A DNA stretch of 61,441 nucleotides, the filler included, from Hausera hauseri (taxonomy: Eukaryota), in the NCBI GenBank assembly GCA_046269625.1. It is 10 parts of 10 records of this genome, joined end to end, with 100 filler letters (N's around TTAATTAATTAA, not from the genome) between each part and the next. Parts side by side here need not be neighbours in the genome. Positions count along the whole stretch, not along the records: positions 37,912 to 48,236 come from JBJURY010205522.1; positions 48,337 to 53,076 come from JBJURY010454579.1; 8 more parts are not named here. One strand, 5' to 3'. Positions 38,821 to 51,472 of this stretch are shown one piece after another. A program made the position numbers and the translations under genes. The notes under the pieces were generated by a model. The model was not told the DNA's origin. It saw only the letters and a list, made by a program, of their open reading frames with translations, and did no database searches. The first letter of the stretch is position 1, and every line of letters begins with the position of its first letter.

Positions 38821-39350
38821 ATGCCCCCGCTACAAGAGTGGGACATTGGGTCAAAATATAAACGAAGACAGCTACTACGGGATTTCGTTGACCAACACAA
38901 ACAAGTTTCGAATCTTTGGACGTAAACGAATTCCCGTTTAGTTGAAATTAATATACATGACCGGTACATTACTTACAGAGCAGCTCAAAGCATTATATGT
39001 TTTCTTAAATGCTCCAAGCAGTCAAAATTATTTATTAGAGTTTCTGGAACATGGAAGTATTTTAGGTATATTGGATGTGTTTTGCGTCATTCAAAGGAAA
39101 CTGATAAAAATCGTGTTGTAAAAATTTTGACATGCATTACAGATGCAGGAACAAAGTACAAGGAAGTTACTCGTAAAAGTAATGGCATAAGGGCTGTAGC
39201 CAAATGTATGGCTAAGTCCAAGTCAGAAGAAAAGAAAGTAATTCGTCGAACTTTGTTGGTAATACTTGTTGATGGAAATCCGAGGTATTTGAATGGGTTT
39301 ACAAAGGTCTTATTGGTGTTTCGACATGTAATTCTCCGAAAACGTAACAA
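38821..39350 (+). pseudogene. ARMH1 (C1orf228)-like armadillo-helical protein, N-terminal fragment
   Basis: LQEWDIGSK..RR.LLRDF; LKALYVFL.A.SSQNYLLEFLEHG; AGTKYKE...GIRAVAKCMAKSKSEE...LVDGNPRY resemble the ARMH1 N-terminus as I recall it. Stops and a frameshift are present. Confidence 0.65.
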
Positions 39351-39499
39351 TCTTGTGTATGTCTTGATTCCTCACGAGAATTCTGGACTTGGAAAGATTC
39401 GAAAAGTGACTATTATGTCATACCTTAGAGTATTTTTTATTAAATGCGAATGTGAATATCAGACAGTTGTAAATATTTCTGTAGAATATCAATGATTTT

Positions 39500-39624
39500 T
39501 GTTATTGAGTTTTAAGCTGATTTAAAAAAGAATTACCATAAAGATGATTGATTACTGAGTTTTTTTGGAATAAAGACTATTTTTTGCTCCGTAATTTATT
39601 GCATAACATTGGTGTCAGAAGTGG
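39500..39624 (+). mobile_element. Short LTR (about 109 bp) plus tRNA-Leu primer-binding site of another Gypsy relic
   Basis: TGTTAT...AATAAA...ATAACA (6-bp inverted termini, 39500-39608) followed by TGGTGTCAGAAGTGG at 39610-39624, the standard tRNA-Leu PBS. Confidence 0.7.
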
Positions 39625-40498
39625 AATTTTTATTCTGATACCCGTCATTCGGTTATTTCTCTCGTCGACAAAGAAGCCCAATCGACGTACATACAAATCG
39701 GTTGGAAAAAATCTGATGTTCTCAATTTGGTTCTCAAGTGGTTTACTCTTCGAATGAGAACTATCGATCTTCAGATTCAAACGAATTCTAATATTTTTCC
39801 TCGACCAAGACTTTCAACTGCCGTCCAAATTAAAATAGGTGGATTTTTAACATTCTCAAAAATTACGTCGCCCAATAAACTGGCAGATTCGGCATCGATT
39901 ACGTTGCTCAAACAGTGGAAATCTGTTTGTCCGAAACAAATCAAAATGGGATTTAATTTGGTTGTTCAGTTGTATTCATATTCCATTGAACTCACAGAGG
40001 ATGTTTCTGATCAAGTATCTAAAATTGTGATATTATTTATTCCAAGGCCGACTGAACAACACGAAGTTAATCTGAAAGTCAAAACTCCTAATTTATTGCC
40101 ACAAGTTTTGAAAAAAGATCACAAATTTTTATTGAAAGACATTGAGAGGGGATACTGGAGGCAAATTTTAAAAAGTAATATACTCTAACAGATACTAATT
40201 CAATCGGCAAAAAAGTTGAATCAAAACTGTTACTAAACAAATTTTTTCCAATTCCAATTTCAACCCCTGTAATTCGTGTTATGCCATCGATGGAAAAAGC
40301 CGTTCAGAATACATTCATAAATCCCGATCTCCGGTTGATGTTCCAGTTGTATCCCAACAGTCAACCATATCCGACAAATCCAGACCGGAAGACTGTTTAG
40401 TTACATCGAGTTCTTCGACTGATGTAACATATAATCAAACTACAGACAAATCGTGGAAAGAATCAAGATTTAAAGTCAATATTCCGGGGAATCGACAT

Positions 40499-43180
40499 TT
40501 GATGATGTCATCACCGCCAACTAATAAAACAAATTTTCATGGCCATGAGCCGGATCTGAATAATAAATTTCTGGGATATTTTGATTATATTGAAAATGAA
40601 TATATAGATGTTGAAATTTCCATTCAAGAAACTTTGAAGAATAACGAATTTAACCTCGAAGACAATTACTTAGTTAATGACACTGAAACAGTAGATCCCC
40701 ACCTGAAATCATTCAACACGAACGACGAGTTGGATCCCAAATCCCCGATACTATTGAGCCTTGAAAATGACTATTTCCAACGATCGAACGATTACACGGA
40801 TAAGAGTGGTCAGTCAAAGGTCTCCAAAGTACAATTTGAACTATTATGTTATGATAATTCCAACAAATTTGATGTATTCTATGATGAACTTGATTCACAA
40901 GCCACAGAAAATCCGAATAAACAAATCAAGTCCGAAACAACTTATTGTCAAATATTTTCATTGTGCCCTTTGAAGAACAAATATCAAAGAAAACCTTCAG
41001 GCTTTAAACATCTGAATATCAAGAAAACGAGTGACATTTTATCTCCTGAATCCAATACACAAGTCAGTCAAAAGACTGGAAAGTGGAAGAACTTCATGAA
41101 GAATTATATTAAATCTGTCTGAGACTGGTGAAAAAGACCGTAGAAGTTGTCGTTAAGGCGGAAAAACAAAAATCAAACTTCAAATGATTTGAAGAAGTAT
41201 GAGGAATTCGTACAGAAATTTCGTGTTAAGCCTGTGTTGTCTGATACCGACGTGTATGATTTTGATAAAGGAACATCGTGTTCAAAACTAGATGTTCCTT
41301 TAACAAGTCTAAACAAGTTTCGTCTCTTTCTACGACAAAGCAAGTTTTCTGCTAGTCTGGAACTTACAGCATCTAATTCAAAATTGTCTTGTCAGTTTCA
41401 GAGGTCAAAGGAGTTCTCGTTGAGTCAAGATATTGATAGTGTACCGACTTTCCTTAGATTTGGCAGACAGATGACTGGTACTATCATGTCTGTTGAGGTA
41501 GAAAATCCTCAATCTGGAGAGGATGTACCGTCAAGAAATTTAATGCACTACCGGAAATTATCGGATGGTGACCAAGATTACGTATTACATAGTTCGAGTA
41601 ATGTTGAAAGTATTGAAAGGGACGACACTGCATTTCACACGTTAGATCCATTTTTTATTAGTAAGATGTCATCATTTTATGAAAGTTTCAATACGAAATC
41701 CGAGAAGGAGTTTGTCACCGAATATGAACTTTCCAATAGAGCGGCATTGCACGTAAAGGACAAAACATACTGCGATGGGGATATCGAAAGAAAGATGATT
41801 AATAAACTGTTCCAGACAAAAGAATTAAGAGTTTGTGAGAGAAACTTATTTCGAGGAATAGAAAACGACGAAACTGACTTAATTAGTCGAGTTGAACGAA
41901 TTGGTTTTAAAATAGCACCACGTGAAATCTTCTACAGGGCCATGAATGACGTGAATAACGATAAAGTGTACACCGCCGAGTTAATTAAATCTAATAGAAA
42001 TAAAATCAAGGGTTCACAATTATCTCGCAAGGAAAGCTCTCGTGTCGCCAAATTCCGTCGTCCAGTGATAAAAGAATCTGTTTCACAAATTTCCAAACAT
42101 TGCAAACGACTCCCGATAATTTATTGTGGAGATTTTGTTGCCATGTGCGTTAGTCACTCCTCGTTGAATATTTATGGAAGTCGTCGATCCTTGGAATTGT
42201 GCTTACAAACGGAATCGACGAAGATCAACAACAACGAAAAGATCCAGTTCAAAATGGGACTGAAGCACGAAGAGAAACGGCGTAGAGTCAAGTCAAATGA
42301 TGTGAGTGTCAGTGAATTGAAAATAGCTGAAGTATCGGAATGTGAAGTACACCGGGAAAATGAAATGCAGTGAAGGGAGCCCCAGAATATTAAAGAGAAA
42401 TGAATATGCAATGAATGATAGTTGGAGTAAATCACTTAGTGATCTAGACATCATGAATCCGTCACCTGTAGCGCTTAGTGGCGATAATACTTCTATTTTA
42501 TCTGATGAAAGTTTGTTCATAAGTGTCGATGTTGAAAGCGACCTAAGCAAAGATGGCAAAGCAAAGAATAAATATTTTACAGATGGTTTAACGAGTATCA
42601 TCGCTGAAGTCGTTTAGAAATTCCTACGATTAGCATCAATGTACGTTGATCGAGCACATAAACAATTGAAATCATCATTCATAGCAAATCGTAGTGCCTA
42701 ATATATGGAAATTGATGCTTATGCAATGTTAGAATGTAGTCTCATTCATAGATGTCATAGACAGTACCTTGTTGTTGAAGAACAAATGGTCGAGTTCCAA
42801 TATCATGCTCTGACTGATTCGCACATACCTTTAATGTCAGCCGACCAAAATGTGCTCCATCATTCGTATTCTTATGGCTAGAACTCATTTCCCATCGATC
42901 ATTCATTTCCAAAATGCTCTATAGTACAACAGTGGAATACACACAGGAATTCTACAAGCAATTACTTTGCGATACATTCTCATTTCTACATCCGTATCTC
43001 TATAATCACCTAGAAAAACTTATTCAAATAGTTTACAAAATCGCCGACGGTACGACGTTCTTATTGTGGCACGATTTCCCTGATTTCTTCATCAATTACC
43101 GTGCATTATTATGTCGACCGATATCGGAGTCTATCATTGGAGTCTCAGAAGATTTAAAAAAGATACATAAAAAAGGTTAG
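40499..43180 (+). pseudogene. Large hypothetical host gene broken into ORFs 40499-41122, 41147-42373, 42342-42617 and 42914-43180
   Basis: Long consecutive plus-strand ORFs in AT-rich DNA with no recognised domain. Confidence 0.45.
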
Positions 43181-43448
43181 TGAATTTGTCATATTTCTGT
43201 TACACGTATGTTAATGAATCTACTAAATTATTAACATAAAATTGTATCCGAAGAATTGATTGCCTCGTATTTTCACAACAATTCACAATTTCTCCAGAAT
43301 TACTTTAATGCCAGTGGTAAACATCCCAGTATTACATCGTCGGTCGGAGACATGCCGGCTGAATTGATGCAGAAGAAATTTATTGAAAGACATTTACAAA
43401 GTTTAGGAAACAAACGTCAAACATCAACGAAACAGGACGCCTTTTCTA

Positions 43449-46400
43449 GTGTTTACCACTCAGGTCGCGCAAATCGACTGTTACATCGCAGAGATTTTGG
43501 GCGCGCCCGTGTCTTACGCATTATACTGCACACCCGACTTATGTGACAATTTCGTCCCACTTGTCTTGTTATTCGAAAATAAACGTACACAAACCTATTA
43601 CATTCACAAATCAACAACAATTGCAAAATTGTTAAGCATGTTACAACTACAAACAATTCTTGCTAATTTTCGTCTCAGCTTTAACGGACTTTTTCGACAA
43701 TCCGACATTATAACAAATTACACCGCCTCATCTGCAACACCTATACTGATTGTACACTACAGTCTGTTAGGTGGGTCCGATCCAAAAGCGTATTCTAAGG
43801 ACCAACAAGACTTTGATTACATTCCTACTATAAGTGTACCACTAAATTCACCTCTATCTCCATCGTCTACTGTAAATCTACCTTGCGTAGAATACTTCGT
43901 TGACAAACAACATTCCAGCCGGACGTGGTTGGACTTTCATGAGGCTTGGTTGAAGTCAAATAATATTGTCGACTCTTTTCTTATAGCAAACAGCTTGCTT
44001 ATATTTTTGCCTTCCAACATTACGTCACAGCTTCCAAACTTGCCGGAAATTTTCCAAAGCAGTGACCAATACAAAACACTTAACTCGATTCTAGAAATTA
44101 CGGAACCATCTCTGGATAACATTATCCACAAATATTTTAACGACAACACCATAGGCACAATGAAACCCACAGAATTTCTTCAAACCTCACTAACTCAATT
44201 GAGTACTCTTGGCGTTAATCAACCAAACAACGCCGATTTACTACGAAGATATTTTCTGCAGTCTTTACCTAGAGATATAAGGGCACTGATAACCATAGTA
44301 GAGAACACATCGTCACTACAAAAACTAGCACAACTGACTGACAAAAGCCACGAGATATTACATGCACATACAGCCCCATTAGTAGCCACTACGCTACAAA
44401 CACCAAAAACTCATCAAGCTAGCGACATAGCTAATCTGAACTCACAGATAAATTCTTTACGTTCTGAAAACGCCAACATACACTAAGCAATTTCTGCACT
44501 CACGTCAAAAATCGTAGCTTTGACCATGCCCATAAGAAATCTTTTCTATGAGAACCATAGCCGCACTTCATCTCAAAATTCAAGACATGCGAGGTCACCT
44601 ACACAATCAATGGTGTGCTACTACCACACCAAATTTAAAAACAACTCCATTAAATGCTGCTTAAGTTGCAGATTTTATGCTCCCCATTTGAAACGATCCG
44701 ACATTGTCTGTATATACCATAATAAATTCAATTCTAAAGCACAGAACTGCGTTAGAGGGTGCACCTTCGTTAAACGATCTAATCCACCACGACATATTCC
44801 TTTCAATAACATAAATCTCGTACCTCCAAAAACACAAAGCGGCCAGCTGTGTAGGCACATGCTGGCAAAGGCAAACGTTTTCATCCTAATAGCCGTATTT
44901 TTGCCCTTTTCACATTAAAAGCCTCTTTAACGTCCAAATACGATCAATCTGTCAATTTCCTTACTGACTCTGGAAGTCCAAGGTTTCATTCACTTTACCA
45001 CCATTCTCCGACATTTTCAATTGGACTTTCATCGTTGCCGACACACAATCGCCAATACTTTGGGTTGATTTCCTATCTTTCTACAACCTCCTTGTAGATT
45101 GTAGACAACGTCGGATCATCAAAAGCAGTTCAAAAAAACCGACCTCTACAAATAACCAACCGATCATGCAACCTATCTCGCCTACAAAATCGATATTAAA
45201 AGAACCACCACCCAACGCCAATAAGAACGTCATTAATACAAATATAAATAATCCAACGTTTTTGTTGCAGTCCGGTAATAAAGAAACAAAAGGCGTTGAC
45301 AACGACGATTAGGCGACTCGATTTCTAGCGTTTCTCACACTAAATCCAATCAGTACACTGCCATAAGAACAAGAGCCTTTACTACACTTAGCTAAGAAAT
45401 GCAACAATATTTAACCAAATCTTGTTTTCATACAATAAAAAAGACCCAGCATTTCGACCGGCTAAGACGACGTTTCATCATATTATCATAGAAAATCCTA
45501 GGCCCGTTAGGCAAAAACTCCGCCCACTTTTACCATTCCGTCGACAGGCAGTCCAAGCGGAATTCTTTGCACTTGAGCAAGCTGGAATAATAAAAAGATT
45601 AATCTCACCTAGGACATCACCACTCCACGTCGTTCCAGAAAAAGATGGCACATTCCGTCCATGCGGCGATTATCGCCAACTTAATAATGTCACTACCATG
45701 GATGCTTATCCTCTACATTTGATTAAAGATATATTACATACTTTACGCAAGATCACAATTTATTCGAGTACAGACCTTGAAAAAGCCTACCACCAAATAC
45801 CGGTATCACACGAAGACATTCAAAAAACGGCCATTATAACACCTTTTGGTTTTTTCGAATACGCATTCATACCGCTCGGTTTAAACAACGCAGCACAAAC
45901 TTTTCAAAGGCACATTGATTCAGTCCTTTTAGGTTTGCCATTTGTATATCCGTACATCGATGACATACTAGTCGCATCGGCATCGCCCAAACAACACGAA
46001 CAACATCTCAGACTAGTTTTCCAACGCTTGCACAACCACAATTTGCAAGTGAACTTTTCTAAGTGTTCCTTCTTTCAGTAAAAAGTCAATTTCCTTGGCC
46101 ACGTTATCACACCTGATAGTCACAGTCCAGAGCCTGATAGAATTCATCAGTTACGAAACATAGATCTACCAAAAATCACTACTGAGATGCGTAGTTTCCT
46201 TGGGACTTTACATTTTGTCAATAAATACGTCCCACAATGTGGCCAGTTAACTGCTCCTTTTTACAAATAAATAAAGGGCCGAAGAAAAAGCTCATATTGG
46301 ACACCAGAACATGTTAACTAGTTAGATGAACTCCGCGACAAGCTTAAAACGGTCGAGATTTTAGCTTACCCAAAACCTGATGCTAACCTCATTTTAACAA

Positions 46401-48236
46401 CCGACGCATCAACTACAGCAGTAGGAGCGGTTCTCCATCAAGTATCTCAAGGTACAAATGAGCCATTAGAATTCTTTTCACGTAAACTGCAGCCACAAAA
46501 ACACCGTTATTCCACCTTCCATAGAGAACTCCTGGCCATTGTTTTAGCTCTGAAACATTTCCACAGTTACTTATCGTTCCTTCCCGCACGATTCAAACGG
46601 ACCATAAGCATATCGTTCACGTAATGAACATGAAACAACCATCACTTCGACAAGAACGCCATATCTCATATCTGTCAACATTCAACTTTAAAATTCGCCA
46701 TAGTTCTGGCACGGACAATTTAATAGCCGATTTCTTATCACAGCAGTTGGTGTTATAAGTATCACACCAATATTCTCTAAGAAACAATTAATCCAAAATT
46801 CCCCTTCCGCTGAAACTCTTAAACAGTACAAATTCGTCCACAACAAATAGCATTTAATCATATCCATTCGTTACATCACCCAGGTACGAAGGCTACATTT
46901 CGCCTCCTCGAACGTCACGTAACATGGCTATCAATGAGGTCTGACGTACAGGATTGGGTTAGGAAATGTGTAGCATGCCAAAAATTCAAGGTAGCTAAGC
47001 ATCTCAGGCCATCTTTATTTCATTTTACCTGCACGTCCCGTTTCGAATCTGTACATCTAAATATCATTGGCCAATTACCTTCCGATAACGGCCACAATTC
47101 ATCTTAACAATGATGGACCAGGCGTCTCGTTGGCTTGAAGCCGTCCCATTGCGCTCCACTAATATAGATTCCATAGCCGATGCATTCATAAGAATTTAAA
47201 TTAGCTGGTTCAGTTCACCCCATTATATAATTACGGATCAAGGTCCTCAGTTTAAATCGAATCTATTCAAGTCTTTAGTTAATCGACTGGGCATAAGTCA
47301 CATACACACAACTCCATATCATCCCCAGTCAAACGGCTTATTGGAACGTTTTTACCACACCCTTAAAATCTCGCTAAACATTCTACCCGAAACGCATACG
47401 AACTGGACTACCATCCTTCCTTTCATATTACTTGGATGGCGTAACACACATTCTACTACTACTGGTTGCGCATCTGCTGAAGCACATTTTGGTACCACAT
47501 TTCGTGCACTCTTTGAACTTACCGATTTTGACAACACACCAACTGAAAAAACCATTAGTTCCGCACAAAATTATTTCATTCAGCTAAGTCAGGATTTTTT
47601 CTGCATAATAATTCATGGCGATAAAACATATTTACCAGACTCAGTATTCAACGCGAAGTTTGTGTGGATAAAAAAATCCTTCACCTTCCGGATTCCATCC
47701 AAACTACTTAGGACAATTTAAAGTTCTTAACATAAATTCACACATGGTTACAATACCAAAAACGGCAGAGAAAAACTTGCACATAGCTAACGTGAAACCC
47801 GCATTGTTTGTTAACGATACACCGGATCCCTCAGCTGAGTCCACACAAACCTTTCTTGACTCCTTCAATTCTAATGCCATTCTACCTACACGACAACCAA
47901 CTACTCTAAAACCGGCATCAACTCAAAAATCTGTACTAAACAACACACCGACTAGTTCTCAAACTACTGACACGTCAAATCAAAATATAACTTCATCCCA
48001 ATCATCTCAGCAGACGATTAAATAGCACGTTAAACAGAGCAAGACGGTTACCTTCAGCAAATATAGCAACGAACAAAATATCGATAAAACTGAACGTCTT
48101 GTCCATACAAAGATTCAATAGTTCACTTACACCGTTCTGCTTTGTCCTCTTACTTTCGTTACATTAACACAGTGCCATTTTCGTAACGGAGGGGTAGTGT
48201 GATGCCGTGGACTCGGGCGTCACCACAGTCCAATAA
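43449..48236 (+). mobile_element. CsRn1-type Gypsy element copy D, near full length, degenerate
   Basis: Ubl-gag 43449-44486, double CHCC, RT 45422-46081 (YIDD), RNase H and integrase remnants, PPT GGAGGGGTAG at 48188-48197 and LTR start TG at 48198. Confidence 0.92.
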
Positions 48237-48374
48237 NNNNNNNNNNNNNNNNNNNNNNNNNNNNNNNNNNNNNNNNNNNNTTAATTAATTAANNNNNNNN
48301 NNNNNNNNNNNNNNNNNNNNNNNNNNNNNNNNNNNNATATGCGATTTTAACAAAAATACTAATGGATCAGTACA

Positions 48375-50243
48375 ATGAACGAAATCCGTGTAGAGCGAAT
48401 AAATACGATACACAGCAACATCCATATGATTTTTCATGCTGACATTAAATTATTAAAGGCATTTAAAGAATTAGTCATAACATCATTGGAAGAGTATGTT
48501 GCATTATTTAAAGATAGACAAGAGGAATTGAGAATCAGACGACGGTATAGAGGAAGTATGTCAGAGGAAGATATAATAGAAATGAAAAAGATATGGAAAA
48601 AAATCGATGAATTTACACAATTTATTCCTAATACATCAAGACGTGCACACACTATCAAGCCACCACTCTCTAGTATTGAAATTATGGACCAATCAAACGA
48701 TATTAATAATGAAGAAATAAATATAATCGATAAACTTGCACACATTAAAATTATTCCAGATATGACTGAGATTAGTCCGAATGCTAGTGGTGAACCAGCC
48801 GGTATTGGTGGTGGTAGACAGAAACGTTCAGCCGATGATAACGTACAGACTCATGTTTTAGAAGGTGGTGAAAAAACGAATGTTGCTATTCCGTTTTATT
48901 AATGTCCAAAATATGCAAATCTTGAAGATGCTACTACAATTGCATTAACGTTCCCAGTGATATTACTTTGGAAAACAGAACAAAAACAAAATATGTGGTA
49001 TAAAATTCCTGTTGAATTTATGCATCTTTTAGCATACAATGATCCATCGCTATATCAAAAATTAGCTATGACGAAACAATGGCGAGCAGAAGGAATTGAA
49101 TTTAATATTAAACAAATTTTAAATTCATCGGCTATCGGTACTAATGATTATGTTGGAGCTCATGTTAATCAACAGGTTTCTGTTTATCAAGATTCATCAT
49201 ATTTGGTAAGTCCGGTTATGGGTAATTGTTACATGAACGGTGTTAATTATTTTGAAAAGTTTTTAGATCCAAAAACAACGGGAATTAAAGGTGGTAATAA
49301 ACCGTTTTTTTCAGCAGGTTTTCAAGATGATGGTACGGTAAAATTGGACAGAATGAGATCAGTGGACTTTACCGGTACTGAAATCCGTTGTACACATCCT
49401 TACGTAACACCGTTGGGTTGCAATAAACCGTGCAATTATAATTTTAAATGGAAGATGACCGATAGAAATTGGCGTGATAACGGTGAATGGCTATATTGGT
49501 CTGTACAGTGTGGAGCATGGCCGAGAAAAGTAGACAGCAAAATGGACGGATTATTGGATTTTAATATTAAATTATGGCCACGCGTTGACAATTGGGGATG
49601 TCGTAATGTAAATTATTTAAATAGTCGATGGCAGCCGACATCAAATACTCCATCTAAACCAGATTCTTCTCATATAATTACAAAAACTCAATTTAATTTA
49701 ACGGAAAATATTAAAGAAAAGCCAAAAAAATATATCGTTACACAAGATGCAGCACAATCAAATAACATTATAAAACAAGTTATAACAGTTGTACCAGGTG
49801 ATCAAAATACACAATTTTGGACTTTATCTAATATCGAAAATCGTAAGTTCCAAATGGAGGACTACTTTATTTTGTCAGATCGCGTTAACGACATTATTTA
49901 CAGTAATTCAATTTTAGAACCAAGTCCAGTGCCTGGTTTGTATATACGTGACACTCCAATTCTCGGAATAGATAGTAACATTTTAAATAGTACGTTTACA
50001 GCTATTTGTGATTATACTGCACACATTTCCTTTCGACTGCCGAAGTTAATACGACATCCTGTAAACTATGCAAAGGGTGCAGCACAAAGTTCTATTTACA
50101 CTTCAGCACATGACAATGTATTGCATGCATTGGGTGTCAGTGTGCCAGTTATACCTTTAGCAATAGCGAAAAATGATTCAAGTAAATTCAGGCCATATCC
50201 AATCGAAGAGGACAACATGAATTTAAATGACATTGAGTGGTAA
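48375..50243 (+). pseudogene. Parvovirus/densovirus-like capsid (VP) gene with a single in-frame stop at 48900-48902
   Basis: The two ORFs share a frame. A Gly-rich stretch (SGEPAGIGGG) precedes a beta-rich region with W-x2-IP...P-x2-YQ-x-L. It lies next to an NS1-like gene. No PLA2 motif seen. Confidence 0.55.
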
Positions 50244-50313
50244 TAATATAAATAAATGATTTTGTCGTTGTTTACATTATTTCGTTCATTAGTTAACATG
50301 GCANNNNNNNNNN

Positions 50314-51070
50314 AATATAAACGATTCCAAAGAGCACGTAAATTTGTTGTTGAACTACATAATTGATATATTCAATATCGGTGAGCCACGTGTTACGTTC
50401 CCTGAAACGTTATATGTAAATGGTGAAATTAGTCGTTGTCGTGTTATACATAATGAGCCAATACATTATGCAAATTGTAAATTCAGAAACGAAGAGTACT
50501 GTGTACTATGGCAGATTTGGTTTTCTATATTAAACAAGTTATATTCCAAAATTAATGCAATTTATTTAGTGGGAGAGTCTAATTCCGGTAAGACTTTGTT
50601 GAGTAACGTATTAACAGAAGGTTTGGAAGTTGGTGTAATAAATTGTTTCGATGAGTCGTCGCCGTTTATGCTCTATGACTGTGTGAATAAAGACGTTATC
50701 GTTTGTGAGGAATGCACGTTTACACCAAATCAAGCGCCACGATATCTACAAGTGGCCGAAAGCAACCCTTATTTGAAAACAATGGTGAAATATAAGAAAA
50801 CAAATTATTCAATTAAACGAACGCCAAATATATGGACGAGCAAAGATCTCCCGTGGTATCATTGAAGTGGATATTCTACGGAACTTCTTAATTGTGGTGT
50901 TCTTGTTGAATTTAACAATCCACAATTTAAATCTATTTTACCTTTTGGATACTTAGATTACTTTGCTCACAAAGATGAGAATGTATTTGTGCTTACACGA
51001 AAACAAATATATGATATGGTTATTTATTTATTTCATTATTACAATAATAATAAATACATAAACAAAACAA
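50314..51070 (+). pseudogene. Parvovirus NS1-like SF3 helicase fragment
   Basis: Walker A GESNSGKT, Walker B IVCEEC, B' VKYK, motif C PNIWTSK. The frame continues past the stop at 50865. Confidence 0.85.
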
Positions 51071-51074
51071 GTAT

Positions 51075-51464
51075 TTATTCATCATTGTTATCAGTAGAGT
51101 CAATGCTAATCACATCGTCACAATCACTAGTATGTTTTGATAGTTTTATATCACATTTACTATCATCATCAGAATCATGTTTTCGTTTCATCTTTTTAAT
51201 TTTAAACATCAGTTTTTGTAATGTACATTTCAAATCTGCTAATTCATTCGAAGTACTTGGTTCCGATGGTGTCGGTGCTGGTGGTGCTGTTATTGCATCA
51301 TTTGATTCATTATCATGTTTATTAATAGTTTTTAGCCATTCTGTACTGCGAACGCGTACACCGTTATATTCCAACGTAGGCTTTGGTAATGCTAATTGTA
51401 GTACTGAATATTTCGATGTTACGAAAATTGTCTCTTTAAATTCGTAAATATCGATTCGACGCAT
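51075..51464 (-). CDS. Hypothetical 129-aa protein directly downstream of the CRESS Rep
   Basis: ATG-initiated ORF with a Pro-rich linker, a short coiled-coil-like segment and an acidic tail. Confidence 0.45.
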   Translation of the reverse strand: MRRIDIYEFKETIFVTSKYSVLQLALPKPTLEYNGVRVRSTEWLKTINKHDNESNDAITAPPAPTPSEPSTSNELADLKCTLQKLMFKIKKMKRKHDSDDDSKCDIKLSKHTSDCDDVISIDSTDNNDE

Positions 51465-51472
51465 TATTGCCT

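Noticed and set aside
50989-51447. Plus-strand 152-aa ORF as a separate gene
   Set aside because: It is in the NS1 frame, and most of it is the antisense of ORF 51075-51464.
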